NCBI GenBank assembly: GCA_963761725.1
Contig: CAVXHP010000006.1
Span: forward strand, 253,534-317,533
Length of the DNA stretch: 64,000 bases
Direction of reading: 5' to 3'
From: an uncultured Cytophagales bacterium
GTDB taxonomy: Bacteria; Bacteroidota; Bacteroidia; Cytophagales; Bernardetiaceae
Positions 1-11,060 of the stretch are shown one piece after another. A program made the translations under genes and the position numbers. The number at the start of each line of letters is the position of its first letter. Positions within the stretch are counted from its first letter, which is position 1. The notes under the pieces were generated by a model that saw only the letters and a list, made by a program, of their open reading frames with translations, ran no database searches and was not told where the DNA came from.

Positions 1-2253
1 TCCTGCTCCGATAGTAAACTCTCCAAATTGCTGATCATCATCTTCTTCTTCCTTTAGTTTTTGATGACCATAACCTAAAGAAATTGCAATTGTATTTGTT
101 GGCATACCAGGTTGAATAATTACAGGGAGTAAGTATTCTAATCCATCAACTGTAACTTTTGCTTGAGAAGTTTTTACTTCAACCGTTTCAAAACCAAGCT
201 CCTTTGCTTTGAGCATAGAAACAAGAACAGCATGTCCCCAAGTCAATTTTGTAATTGGATCTGGCGTTTCTTGTATCCAAGGATTATTTGCCATTGAACC
301 CGTTCCCATTACAGGGGAAGGATAAACTACTAATTCTACTTCATTTCCTTCGTAAGGAACAGTAGTTTTATAGTTTTTGGTAATATTAGCATTTACACTA
401 GACCAATCAGCCTCTGCATAAATTAGTTCTTTTTGATTATCTTCTTTTAAATTTATTTCTTCTTGATTGTCTTGCTCTACAACAGTACCCAAAACAATTT
501 CTTCTGCCGTAACTGTATCAGCATCAACTACAAAATCTGTTTTTGAAAAGTCTGTTTTTAGAGCAGCTAAAGTATCGCCTTGGTTTTGAGTGGCTTCATT
601 TGTTATTGAAGCAGTTCCTAGAGCCGATGACTTCATTCTACGAGTATAAACCCCATCATGAAGCACTTTTTTCCAAAAGTTATCAAAGTTCATACCTTTC
701 ATAGAAAGACCTTTGTTTTGCCAACTTTTACGAAGATATGTATAATAATCACCCTCCATTCCTGCCCAAGTCATTAAGCTGTCTTGAAACTGACGAGTAT
801 CAAAAATTGGATTAATGGTAGGTTGAATAAGACTTAAATGTCCTGCTTTTGGTTCTGCATCATTCCAAGATTCTAAATAGTGACGGTCTGGAGTTAGATA
901 CGTACAAAATTTAGCTGTTGCATCAATTCTGTCAGAAGTAGAAACAGACAACTTAGCTTTTGGAAGTGCTGCTGCAATTCTACCTCCCATTGGGTGGTCA
1001 TAAACAGGGTTACAGTTATAAAAAATTACACCTGCTCCGCTCTCCAAATCTTTTACAAATTCTGCCATTTGCTTATCATCGCCTTTACGTTGATAAGAAG
1101 GGTTTTGCATATCAATTGTAGTACCATAACTACCTAATTTTTGATTGATTGCATTTACAAGCTGCTGAATATCTGGGTCATTTGAGCCAGAAACTACAAG
1201 CACTTTTCCACCAGCAGATTTAATATCTTTGAGAAGCTGCTGATAATTTTTCTCTAAAACAGCATTTTCAAATTTGAAAGAACCACCAGCATTTCCGCCG
1301 ATAGCCTTATACAAAGCTGCTACAATAGCACCTTCTTGTGAAGGAGAAATCGGCAAACGATAATCTGCAGAAGCACCTGTATTTGTATAAACTGATTCAA
1401 TTTGATAATGGCGAGACATTGTTTTTTTCTTATCCGAAATTCTACGTGTCTTGGCGTATTGTACTGAATGTTCAACTTGTGAAAGCCAATAACCTAAAAA
1501 GTCAGCGTTTATAGAAACAATAAGCTCTGCTTTGTCAAAATTATAAGAAGGAACTACTTTTCTACCAAAACTACGGTAATTCGCCTCCATCATACCAGAA
1601 ACAGAAACAGGATCATAAGATACATGTTTTGCTCCCGTTTTAGCACAAAATTCATTTATAAGTTTTTGAGTAGTCGGGCTTACAACCGTCTGACTAACCA
1701 AACGAAGATTAGAACCAGTAGAAGAAATTTTTGACGAAATTTCATTATCAATTGTTTTCCAATCTACCTTTACTTTATCTTTTAGTGGGTGTTTTGCTTT
1801 TTCGTTATCATATAATCCTAAAACAGAAGCACTAATACGAGCATTTACTTTTCCTTGTGAAAGAGGAGAAAAGGCGTTTCCGTCTGCAAAAATAGGACGA
1901 CCTTCACGAGTTTTGATTACTACTGGACTAGCCTCACCACCATCTACAAAAGTAGAAGCGTAGTAATTTGGAATAGTGGGAATAACTTCTTCTGGTGCAG
2001 TAAGATATGGGATAGCATGTTTGACAGGAGCTTCACATGCAGTCAAAGAAACTGCTGCTACACTAAATCCCATCACTTTCAAGAAATCACGACGAGAGCT
2101 TTTCGTTACGTCGTCTTCCTCTTCTGTATTATCACCAAAGGTATCTTTTATTTTAAGATCCTTTGGAAATTCTTTTTCAGCGTTTTGGATAAATTCAGGC
2201 TCGTTCTTTAATTGTTCGATGCCTTTCCAATATATGCGTTCACTTAATTTCAT
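1..2253 (-). CDS. actB: Alternative complex III ActB-like Fe-S/molybdopterin-family subunit, N-terminal ~750 aa (3' end lies beyond window start)
   Basis: The minus-strand frame is open from 2253 to the window edge. The N-terminus MKLSERIYWKG...SRRDFLKVMGFSVAAVSLTAC carries a twin-arginine (RRDFLK) signal. It sits 33 nt downstream of the multihaem cytochrome c gene, as in act operons. It is absent from the ORF track because it runs off the edge. Confidence 0.5.
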   Translation of the reverse strand, partial: MKLSERIYWKGIEQLKNEPEFIQNAEKEFPKDLKIKDTFGDNTEEEDDVTKSSRRDFLKVMGFSVAAVSLTACEAPVKHAIPYLTAPEEVIPTIPNYYASTFVDGGEASPVVIKTREGRPIFADGNAFSPLSQGKVNARISASVLGLYDNEKAKHPLKDKVKVDWKTIDNEISSKISSTGSNLRLVSQTVVSPTTQKLINEFCAKTGAKHVSYDPVSVSGMMEANYRSFGRKVVPSYNFDKAELIVSINADFLGYWLSQVEHSVQYAKTRRISDKKKTMSRHYQIESVYTNTGASADYRLPISPSQEGAIVAALYKAIGGNAGGSFKFENAVLEKNYQQLLKDIKSAGGKVLVVSGSNDPDIQQLVNAINQKLGSYGTTIDMQNPSYQRKGDDKQMAEFVKDLESGAGVIFYNCNPVYDHPMGGRIAAALPKAKLSVSTSDRIDATAKFCTYLTPDRHYLESWNDAEPKAGHLSLIQPTINPIFDTRQFQDSLMTWAGMEGDYYTYLRKSWQNKGLSMKGMNFDNFWKKVLHDGVYTRRMKSSALGTASITNEATQNQGDTLAALKTDFSKTDFVVDADTVTAEEIVLGTVVEQDNQEEINLKEDNQKELIYAEADWSSVNANITKNYKTTVPYEGNEVELVVYPSPVMGTGSMANNPWIQETPDPITKLTWGHAVLVSMLKAKELGFETVEVKTSQAKVTVDGLEYLLPVIIQPGMPTNTIAISLGYGHQKLKEEEDDDQQFGEFTIGAG

Positions 2254-2286
2254 TTTATTAGGTTTAAGTAGTTGAGCGTTAGTGGT

Positions 2287-3690
2287 TTAATAGTGACATT
2301 TAGAACATTCAAGCCCACCAATATCTTCAACTTTTAATGGTTCTTTTGAAGTAGAATTATGCAACTTAATAAGATTATCGTAATAATCATTTCCTTTTGC
2401 ATTTACATCCCACTCACGATGACAATTGATACACCAACCCATGGTAAGTAGTGAAACTTGTTGTACTACTTCCATTTCTTTTATATTGCCATGACACGTT
2501 TCACATTCAATACCACCTACTTTTACGTGTTGGGAGTGATTGAAGTAAGAAAGGTCTGGTAGATTATGAATACGAACCCATTGAATAGGTTCATTATTTT
2601 CGATAGCGTTATAGATTTTTTGAATTTCTGGAGAACCACGACGAATCTCGCCATGACAATTCATACAAACGTTTGCAGAAGGAATAACAGCAGATTTACC
2701 TTTTTCTACTCCTGAATGACAGAATTTACAATCAATTTCGTAAAATCCTGCATGTAATTTGTGAGAGAATGCAATAGGTTGAGTAGGAGCATATCCTTGC
2801 TGAACACCGATTGTCCAAAGTCCTGCAAAAAGTTCTTTTGCTCCAACAGCTACCAGTACGAATAATACGACACCAACAAATCCAGGGCTGGTAAAGAAGG
2901 CTTTAAAATTAAAAAGTGGTTGAGTAACTACTATATTTTCGTCCTCTTCTAACTTTTCTCTTTGTAAATAACCAGAAAGAACTGATGTAAGAACAACTAA
3001 TACTAAAGCTACTACTAATAATATAGCAATAAGAGAAATTACAATTCCTAATAAAAGACCAGAATTTGCAGTTCCACCAGCTTCACCGCCTGCAACAGCA
3101 CCTCCACCACCTGCAACAGCAGTAGTAGCAGAAGGAACAGGAACAGTATTTATGTAATCTAATATAGAAGCAACTTGATCATCAGAGAAAAAATCATGAT
3201 TTGGCATCATTTGACCGTACTCTTTATACAAGTCGGCTGCATATTGATTTCCTCCAGTAATTACTTTTTCTGGATATTTAATAAAATTAATGATTGCTGC
3301 ACGACTTTCCCAACGAGATTCTGCTCCAGCTAAAGCAGGACCGACCACTTTTTTGTGGACAGCATGACATTGCTGACAATTTCCCTCGAAAAGCTCTTTT
3401 CCTTGTGCTATTGCTTCTGGACTTGCTCCTCCAGCAGTAGCATCAGCCACAGTAGCATCAGGAGTTGTGGTAGCACCATCACCATCAGTAGGCGTTGTTT
3501 GTGCTGTTGTGTCTTGTTGAGCATAAGCACACTGTATTGAAAGTGTAGTTATGGTAGAGAAGACTAAAAGCATCAAAGCAAAACCAAAAGCACTTCCTTT
3601 TACATTTCTTTTAAGGCTTCGTCTGAATGACCGAAGTTTGTTTTCCTTGTCAGAATATGACTTTTGTATTAGTAGTTGTTTGAATAACAT
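2287..3690 (-). CDS. actA: ActA-like multihaem cytochrome c (N-terminal monohaem c domain + TM helix + pentahaem domain)
   Basis: Six CxxCH motifs are present (CQQCH; then CKFCH, CMNCH, CETCH, CINCH, CSKCH). Hydrophobic signal/TM segments are present. The ATG at 3688-3690 (MLFKQLL...) is preferred over the track start at 3774. The stop is TAA. Confidence 0.65.
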   Translation of the reverse strand: MLFKQLLIQKSYSDKENKLRSFRRSLKRNVKGSAFGFALMLLVFSTITTLSIQCAYAQQDTTAQTTPTDGDGATTTPDATVADATAGGASPEAIAQGKELFEGNCQQCHAVHKKVVGPALAGAESRWESRAAIINFIKYPEKVITGGNQYAADLYKEYGQMMPNHDFFSDDQVASILDYINTVPVPSATTAVAGGGGAVAGGEAGGTANSGLLLGIVISLIAILLVVALVLVVLTSVLSGYLQREKLEEDENIVVTQPLFNFKAFFTSPGFVGVVLFVLVAVGAKELFAGLWTIGVQQGYAPTQPIAFSHKLHAGFYEIDCKFCHSGVEKGKSAVIPSANVCMNCHGEIRRGSPEIQKIYNAIENNEPIQWVRIHNLPDLSYFNHSQHVKVGGIECETCHGNIKEMEVVQQVSLLTMGWCINCHREWDVNAKGNDYYDNLIKLHNSTSKEPLKVEDIGGLECSKCHY

Positions 3691-4353
3691 ATTTTTTAAA
3701 TAATATAGGTGGCAAGCACAAAATGATAGAGATAAATGATTTGTAAAATTCCGTATTGTCTTTTCAGTAATCAAGATTTTGGCTTATCAATTTAGCTTTT
3801 ATGAGACTGTGCTGTTTTCGTTTACAAAATTAGTATGCGAATTGGTTTTTATCAATGTTTATTTCGAATTCCATCAAAATTTATTTTTCAATAAAAAAAC
3901 GCAACTCATTGACTTACAGTTTATTATGGTATTTTATAAAACTTTAAAGGATAATTTAAAATGATTCTAAATAATTTTGAGTTCTTTTTTTTACTTGTTT
4001 TTATAAAAAAAGGAATTTTCAGTTCTATTTCTTCAATTCTGAAATAACTTAATTACAACCGAATTGAAGCAATTTATCAAACCTTTATTTATTGTTTTTA
4101 TCCGTTATAAAATGTGTTACTATCAGAGATAGAAAAAGTTTGAATAAATTGAAAAGATTTATGTTAAATTCGTTATTTCATTTGTTTTCAATTGTAATAC
4201 TTAAACAAAAGTAGTTTTTTTTGAGTAAAAATCATAATCTCAAACAAAAAATATTTGAACGAAATCCTTCTTGATTCAAAGGCAATAAAAAAAGCATAAA
4301 GTACAACCTTATGCTTTTCTTCTAAAAATATTTTTTGCACAAAACCTTATATA

Positions 4354-5541
4354 CTATTCCAACCAACTATAGGCATAATTTGTATCTACATACTCCAAAG
4401 CTTGTTTTGTCAGATAAAGAGGACGAAATGTATCGACCATAACTGCATATTCATGAGTAGCTTTTTTACCAATACTTGCCTCATAGGTACCAGGGTGAGG
4501 ACCATGAACAATACCTCCAGGATGTATAGTAAAAGACCCTCTATCAATTCCTTTTCTGCTCATAAAATCACCTTCTGCATAGAAAAGCACTTCATCAGAA
4601 TCTATATTTGAATGATTGTACGGTGCAGGAATAGAATCTGGATGATAATCAAAAAGACGAGGCACAAAGGAACAAATTACAAAACCTCCCTCTGCTTGAA
4701 AGGTCTGATGAACAGGTGGCGGCTGATGAATACGTCCCGTAATTGGCTCAAAATCATAAATTGAAAGCGTATAAGGATACAAACACCCATCCCAACCCAC
4801 AACGTCTAAAGGAGAGAAATCATAAACATGTTGGTGTAAAAAATTTCCTTTTTTTGTTTTTATTAATGTCTCATTTAGTTCCTTTTCTGTAACTAATTCT
4901 TGTGGTGGATGAATATCTCGTTCGCAATAGGGAGAATGTTCTAAAAGTTGTCCCATTTTATTTCTATATCAATTAACTGTTTCGATAGGTGCACTAGATT
5001 CAGTAATCATCATTCTGACTTCTATTTTATTTCCATCTTCATCTACTTCTTCATCAAATTCCATTTTATATACTGTTGTTCTTGGAATGACTACATAATC
5101 TCCTTTTTTTACTCTTAGTTTTCCTTGTGGACAATACAGATACCCATTACCATCGTGCATATAAATCACTTCGTCTTTTTCACCATTTTTATAAAAGTAA
5201 TCCATTGTGTTTTTGCTTGGATTACAAATTGACAAAATACAATCATTATTGGCAAGCAAAGGAACACGAGCATCTAGAAAATCGCCTCCTGTTCTTTCGG
5301 AGAGTGAAGTCTTCAAGTGCATCGGCTGAAGTGGGTAATCTGTGAGCAATTCTGTTTTGATAGGAACTGGCTCAAGCATTTTTTTTATTCTTGTAGGTGG
5401 ATTGATATGATAAAGTATTGTATAGATACCATCAAATCCACGAGAACTGACGAGCTGTTCGTGATATAGACTACCATCTTCTTGTCTAAATTGTGTATGT
5501 CTTTTGGGAGGAATTTGTCCCATTTTTTGGTAATAACTCAT
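4354..5541 (-). pseudogene. hmgA: Homogentisate 1,2-dioxygenase interrupted by one in-frame TGA (4969-4971); both halves are in the same frame
   Basis: The N-terminal half (MSYYQKMGQIPPKRHTQFR...) and the C-terminal half (...FVPRLFDYHPDSIPAPYNHSNIDSDEVLFYAEGDF...HPGGIVHGPHPG) are typical of HGD. Track ORFs 4969..5541 and 4354..4956 are in the same frame (5541-4956=585), separated by ...ETVN-TGA-YRNK-MGQ... Confidence 0.6.
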
Positions 5542-5828
5542 TTTTTAGTAGTGTTTATTATATGATTTTGTGGTTGGCTTATTTTGTTTTTTATTAAAAG
5601 TAGAACTCTGATAACTTATTTTAGTTTAGAGTTGAAACAATTAATGAGTTGCATTTATTTTTGTAATTCTTAGGTATAAGAAAGTACAATTTATTTGAAA
5701 ATGGAAATTTACATAAAAATAGTGCGACATCTCTATTAGCTAGGATTTTTTTTGTGTTATCTTTGTGCGTATTTTTAAATTGCTTTTTCTAAGAAAAATT
5801 TTCTTCAAAAAAACAGAAACAAACGTTC

Positions 5829-6980
5829 ATGTCTTCTACTTCCAATCCTAAACACAATCAACATTTGGAGAACTCTAAAGAGAATACTGAAAAAATAGCT
5901 GATGGTACTTCCAATGAAAAAGAAGTTTTCAAGACCCTTAATACAAATAAGATTTATATTCCTGTTTTAATTGGTCTAGGTGTTGCTATTTATTTTTTCT
6001 TAGAGAAAGTGGATATTCCTATTTTTGTGGAAGCATTAGGAAGGTCAAATTGGATTTGGTTTTTTGCTGCCTTAGTTATGCTTTTAGCTAGAGATGTGGG
6101 CTATGTCTATCGGATTCGAATGATTAGTGATAATGAACTTTCTTGGCAATCTAGTATTTATATTATTTTGTTGTGGGAGTTTGCTTCTGCTGTTACGCCT
6201 TCTGTGGTTGGTGGAACGGCTGTCGCTATTTTTATATTAAATAGAGAAGGATTGTCTTTTGGGAAGTCAATGGCGTATGTTATGATGACGGCATTATTAG
6301 ACAATTTATTTTTTATTCTTTTTTCTCCTCTGGCTATCTTTATTTCTAGTTCGTTTGACTTTGCTGTTTTCCCTCTTATTTCAGCCGACATGTTTAATGA
6401 ATTTGTGCAAAAACAGGGTTTGAAAGGAGCTTTTTATGTGAGCTATGGTCTGACAGTTATTTACGCTTTGTTTTTTGTTTATGGTTTGTTTATAAATCCT
6501 CGTGGTTTTAAGTGGCTATTAATAAGAGCAACTTCAATTCGCTTTTTGAGACGATTTAGAAAAGGTGCTATTACTACAGGAAACGAAATGATAATTGCTG
6601 CCAAAGCATTGCGTGGAAGTGGAGTTTCTCTTTGGGTAAAAGCAATTTTTCTCACTTTCTTTATATGGATAGCTCGTTATTTGATGCTAAACTGCCTCAT
6701 TTCTGCTTTTACGCCTCTTGCTGCTGTGGATCATCTTTTTGTATTTTCTCGTCAGATTGCAATGTGGATTGTTATGTTACTTTCTCCAACTCCTGGTAGT
6801 AGCGGAACAGCAGAAGCTGTTTTTTGTCTGTTTTATGCAGAATATTTGAGAACCGAATTTTGTGCTGCTGTAGGAATTTTATGGCGACTTTTCTATTATT
6901 ATCCTTATCTTTTTATTGGTGCGTTAATTTTGCCTCGTTGGTTGATACGAGTAAACAAGAAAAGGAAGGAAAAAAAATAA
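5829..6980 (+). CDS. Polytopic membrane protein, UPF0104/LPG-synthase-TM (flippase-like) family
   Basis: 383-aa ORF with about 8 hydrophobic helices and a family-like N-terminal region. This is a pattern-level assignment only. Confidence 0.4.
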   Translation: MSSTSNPKHNQHLENSKENTEKIADGTSNEKEVFKTLNTNKIYIPVLIGLGVAIYFFLEKVDIPIFVEALGRSNWIWFFAALVMLLARDVGYVYRIRMISDNELSWQSSIYIILLWEFASAVTPSVVGGTAVAIFILNREGLSFGKSMAYVMMTALLDNLFFILFSPLAIFISSSFDFAVFPLISADMFNEFVQKQGLKGAFYVSYGLTVIYALFFVYGLFINPRGFKWLLIRATSIRFLRRFRKGAITTGNEMIIAAKALRGSGVSLWVKAIFLTFFIWIARYLMLNCLISAFTPLAAVDHLFVFSRQIAMWIVMLLSPTPGSSGTAEAVFCLFYAEYLRTEFCAAVGILWRLFYYYPYLFIGALILPRWLIRVNKKRKEKK

Positions 6981-7069
6981 ACCTCAAAAAACCTTTATTT
7001 CTTATGTATCAGAAATAAAGGTTTTGCTTTTTTATTTAGCTTTGATTACTAAAATGTAGAACTCAATTA

Positions 7070-7684
7070 TTATTCCCTTCTACCTTTTCTATTTTCACCA
7101 CGTTTTGCTTTTCGATCTGTTTTAATTTCTTGATAATTAGCAAATTGCTCATCTGAAAGAATAGATTTCAATTCAGTTTCGAAGGCTGTTTTCAGTTTCT
7201 CTACTTCTGTCTTATCTATTCTTTCTTCTCCTGCTGCTTCTTTTAGAGCTTTCATTTTAGTCATGCGAGTTATCAAAGCAGTCTTTACCTTTGCAGTTTG
7301 TGCATCATTTAAAGATAATTCTGTTTTCCATTTCTCTACCCGTTTTTCAGCTCGGCTTTCTGGGTTTTTGCGTTCTGCTTTTAATGCTTCTGCTTTTTTA
7401 CGCTGTTCTGGTGTCAGAATTTTGTCCATTTCTGCTTTAAATTCTGCTCGGTTTTCTTTTCTTTGAGTATTACTTTCTTCTTTCTTTTTTTGATGAAGAG
7501 CTTTTATTTGTTCTACTTGAGCATTAGAAAGTTCTAATTCTGTTTTCATTTTTTCTAACCTTTCCTTTTTATTGTGATGATGTTTTCCTTTCTCGTGTTC
7601 TTGAGCAAAACTACTGACCAAGAAAACAAATAATAAAGCAAAAACTAAAACTGAAGATAAAATAAGTTTTTGAATATTTTTCAT
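7070..7684 (-). CDS. Periplasmic Spy/CpxP-like LTXXQ-motif protein
   Basis: Signal peptide followed by a highly charged helical protein with repeated LSNAQ/LTPEQ/LNDAQ/LSDEQ motifs. Confidence 0.55.
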   Translation of the reverse strand: MKNIQKLILSSVLVFALLFVFLVSSFAQEHEKGKHHHNKKERLEKMKTELELSNAQVEQIKALHQKKKEESNTQRKENRAEFKAEMDKILTPEQRKKAEALKAERKNPESRAEKRVEKWKTELSLNDAQTAKVKTALITRMTKMKALKEAAGEERIDKTEVEKLKTAFETELKSILSDEQFANYQEIKTDRKAKRGENRKGRRE

Positions 7685-7834
7685 AATTGATTAAAATTAA
7701 ATTTTGATTTAGTAAATAGATTTTAAATACTTTTATTTGTTGGTATTCGTAAGGTTAGATACAAACAAAAATCAAAGGTTTAATTTGAGGTAAACTCTTT
7801 TTATAAAACTAAAAATTCTACCAGTTTTTGAATA

Positions 7835-8527
7835 TCATTTCACAAAAACGAGTTTATCACAATCAAAAATAGCAGCAGGAGAAATTACATTTTCATTGAG
7901 CTTATTAATAGGAATTTTATTTCCGTATCGTTCTTTCATTTTATTCTTTACAATTTCATTTTCTATATCAAAACTAGATAGCTTTTCTAATTTTCCTAAT
8001 TGAATATTTAAAACTTCTTTATATATTTTCCACACCAGTTCAGAACAATAGATTTTTTCATCAGACCATTCAAAATAAAGGTCGTAATTCTTACCTAACA
8101 GATTTTTTCCTGTATCTTTCATTTTTTGTATTGCTTTGTCCGTCAAAATCTTATCAGCATCTTTCAACCGTTTAACAACAAAGTGAGAATTTTCTCCTCG
8201 TTTTATCCATTCCTTTAGAGGTGTAAATTTTACAGGCTGAACGGCTTCCAAAACTATAAAATCGTTTTCTTTGTCCGTATTAGATTTAAAAATGATTCCA
8301 ACATGACTATATTTAGAATTTGTAGCCAGTTGAATGGCTTTACTTTGAGAAGAAGTGGAGGTTTGAAAAATAATATCGCCTTCCTTTATAATTGATGCAT
8401 CTTTTGAAGTTTGTTCTGTAACCTGTTTTTCATTTGCAGTTTTTTGCTCTTCATAATTACAAGAAACAAGTGAAAAAAATAAAATAATGAAGTGAAAAAT
8501 GAAGTGAAAATAGTGTGAAAAAATCAT
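7835..8527 (-). CDS. YiiX/DUF1105-like permuted papain-fold (NlpC/P60 superfamily) lipoprotein
   Basis: The SKYSHVGIIF...YCSELVWKIYKE motif arrangement is family-like. An N-terminal lipoprotein-like signal (SLVSC) is present. The stop is TGA. Confidence 0.45.
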   Translation of the reverse strand: MIFSHYFHFIFHFIILFFSLVSCNYEEQKTANEKQVTEQTSKDASIIKEGDIIFQTSTSSQSKAIQLATNSKYSHVGIIFKSNTDKENDFIVLEAVQPVKFTPLKEWIKRGENSHFVVKRLKDADKILTDKAIQKMKDTGKNLLGKNYDLYFEWSDEKIYCSELVWKIYKEVLNIQLGKLEKLSSFDIENEIVKNKMKERYGNKIPINKLNENVISPAAIFDCDKLVFVK

Positions 8528-8654
8528 TTTGTTGTTTTGGTAAAAATTATTTGAGAATAAATTAAGCGTACATAAAAAACTTGCATAAGAATTTTTAGTT
8601 AAAAAGGCTAAAATACAATTTTTTGTTTTATATTCGCTTTATTAAAAGTAAACA

Positions 8655-10904
8655 GTGATTAGCGAGTTGGTACATTATAAAATAGATATGAGAAATAGGG
8701 AATACAATTATTATAAAATATACTTAAGACTATTTTTAGTAGTTCTTATCTGCATTCCTATTTTTTTGGTAAAAGCTCAAAACAACACTTCTAAAGTAGT
8801 TCAGGGTGATTCTTTAAAGACAATATGGATCTCCTCTCAACAAGAAAAAATAATTATTTCTGGTTCTTCTCAAATTGCTGAAGACAAAACAGGTTTTTTA
8901 TCTATTCAGAAAGCCATCAAAACATTAAACTTTGAGAATTCTAGTATAGAAAAACCTAATTTTGGTTATACTTCTTCTGCCTACTGGTGTAGGTTTCAAA
9001 TTCAAAACGCAGCAAATGTTGCTCAACTTCGCTGGTTAGAAGTGCAATATCCTTCAGTAGATTCTGTTTGGCTTTATGAGGTAGATAGTGCACAGAATAT
9101 TGTTCAAGTTAGATTGGTAGGTGATAGAATGCCATTTAATGTGAGAGAAATAAAAGATGCTGATTTGGTTTTTATATTAAATATTGATGCTAGAAAGACC
9201 AGAACGTATTATATGCGATTTAAGACAGAAGGAACAATGACCTTTCCGTTGGTACTTTGGCAGCCTCAAGCATTTAGTGAACAGACAGCCAAAGACAGGT
9301 TTGGTTTTGGTATTTATTATGGAATTATTGTCGTGATGGTGTTCTATAATTTATTTATTTTCTTTTCTTTAAGAGATAGAGCCTATTTGTATTACGTACT
9401 TACCATTATTTCGATTGCACTTTTTCAGCTTGCTTTTAATGGATTGGGATTTCAGTATTTGTGGGGAGATTTTTATGCTTTTAATGATATTGCTATGCCT
9501 TTCTCAATCATTTGTTTTTCCTTTATCTCTCTGCTCTTTGCAAGGCAGTTTTTGCATCTAAGAGAACTTCTCCCTAAAATAGATAGAATAGTTTTGATTT
9601 TTGTTGCACTAATTATCATCGAACTTTTGCTAGTCTTTCTTCTTCCTTACAAAATCATGATAAAAGTAAGCTCTATTACTGGAGTAATTGCGACAAGTTT
9701 GCTTTTTTATATGGGTGTAACGAGTTATAGAAAGGGATATAAATCAGCTATCTACTTCTTGATAGCTTGGTCTTTGTTTTGGATAGGTATTTTATTAAGT
9801 ATTTTTAAAGGCTTTGGTCTTGTATCTACCAATTTTATTACGACTTATGCTATACAGATTGGTTCGGCTTTAGAAGTTATTTTATTATCTCTAGGACTTG
9901 CAGACCGTATAAACACGCTAAAAAGTCAGCTTTCTCAAAAAATGATAGCCGAAAAAAATCAGAAAATAGAAAACGAAATAAGACAACGTTATTTAATAGA
10001 AACTCAAAATCAGCAATTAGAAAAACTAGTAACCGAACGAACAGCAGATTTGGAGCAAAAAACAACAGAATTACAAAGTCAAAATCAGAAAATAACAGAC
10101 AGCTTGAAATATGCAAAGCGTATTCAGGAAGCAATTTTGCCTCCCAAAGAAGAACGAGACGGTATTTTGGGAAATCATTTTGTGTTCTTTAAGCCAAAAG
10201 ATATTGTTTCTGGAGATTTTTACTGGATTTCAGAGCATAAAGAACAACAAAAAATAGTTATTGCAGCTGTAGATTGTACAGGACATGGAGTTCCGGGAGC
10301 TTTTATGTCTATTATCGGAAATAATTTATTAAATCAGATTATTAACGAAAAACAAATATTTCATCCTTCTCTGATTTTGGAAAAATTGCATAAAGGTGTT
10401 CGTACTGTCCTAAAGCAAGATTACGATTCACATTCAAGTTCTATAAATACTTCTAGGGACGGAATGGATATTGCACTTTGTGTTATCAATAGAAAAGAAA
10501 ATACATTAGAATTTGCAGGAGCAAATCGTCCTTTATGGATTGTGAAAGATGGAAACTTTGAAGAAATAAAAGGAGATAGAAAAGCAATTGGAGGTTGGCA
10601 AAACGAAACAAAACGAGAATTTACGACACATTCGGTTGTTTTGAATGGAAATATGAATGTCTATTTAGCTTCTGATGGATATAGCGACCAATTTGGAGGA
10701 TGTGATGAAGAAGGACAAGCAAGTAAAAAATTTATGTCCAAAAACTTCAAAAAGCTATTATTAGATATGAATACCAAGAATGATAAAGTACAAAGCCTAG
10801 AAAATCAGTATTCTACTTTAGAAGATGTTTTGGAGAAATGGAAAGGTGATGAACAGCAAATTGACGATGTTTTGGTGGTTGGTTTTAGTGTTAGCAAAGA
10901 ATAG
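8655..10904 (+). CDS. 7TM-DISM receptor fused to SpoIIE/PP2C-family serine phosphatase
   Basis: 749 aa. It has a signal peptide and an extracellular domain, then 7 TM helices, a coiled coil, and a C-terminal PP2C-like domain (DCTGHGVPGAFMSIIGNNLL ... DGYSDQFGG). Confidence 0.7.
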   Translation: MISELVHYKIDMRNREYNYYKIYLRLFLVVLICIPIFLVKAQNNTSKVVQGDSLKTIWISSQQEKIIISGSSQIAEDKTGFLSIQKAIKTLNFENSSIEKPNFGYTSSAYWCRFQIQNAANVAQLRWLEVQYPSVDSVWLYEVDSAQNIVQVRLVGDRMPFNVREIKDADLVFILNIDARKTRTYYMRFKTEGTMTFPLVLWQPQAFSEQTAKDRFGFGIYYGIIVVMVFYNLFIFFSLRDRAYLYYVLTIISIALFQLAFNGLGFQYLWGDFYAFNDIAMPFSIICFSFISLLFARQFLHLRELLPKIDRIVLIFVALIIIELLLVFLLPYKIMIKVSSITGVIATSLLFYMGVTSYRKGYKSAIYFLIAWSLFWIGILLSIFKGFGLVSTNFITTYAIQIGSALEVILLSLGLADRINTLKSQLSQKMIAEKNQKIENEIRQRYLIETQNQQLEKLVTERTADLEQKTTELQSQNQKITDSLKYAKRIQEAILPPKEERDGILGNHFVFFKPKDIVSGDFYWISEHKEQQKIVIAAVDCTGHGVPGAFMSIIGNNLLNQIINEKQIFHPSLILEKLHKGVRTVLKQDYDSHSSSINTSRDGMDIALCVINRKENTLEFAGANRPLWIVKDGNFEEIKGDRKAIGGWQNETKREFTTHSVVLNGNMNVYLASDGYSDQFGGCDEEGQASKKFMSKNFKKLLLDMNTKNDKVQSLENQYSTLEDVLEKWKGDEQQIDDVLVVGFSVSKE

Positions 10905-11060
10905 ATTTTGCCTAGAAATGTAATGAAAAAGTAATGAAAAAGTAAAAAAATTGACTTTACAAAAAAAAACCTTTATTCCAGTACATGAAAGTACTAAAGT
11001 AAAGGTTTTTATATGTTTTGGCTTTTTCTGATTCTTTGTAAAAAGATATACAAAATAAAC

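Noticed and set aside
1976-2275. Plus-strand ORFs 1976..2275 and 2017..2211
   Set aside because: They lie antisense inside the well-supported minus-strand actB-like gene. They show low-complexity translation and no support.
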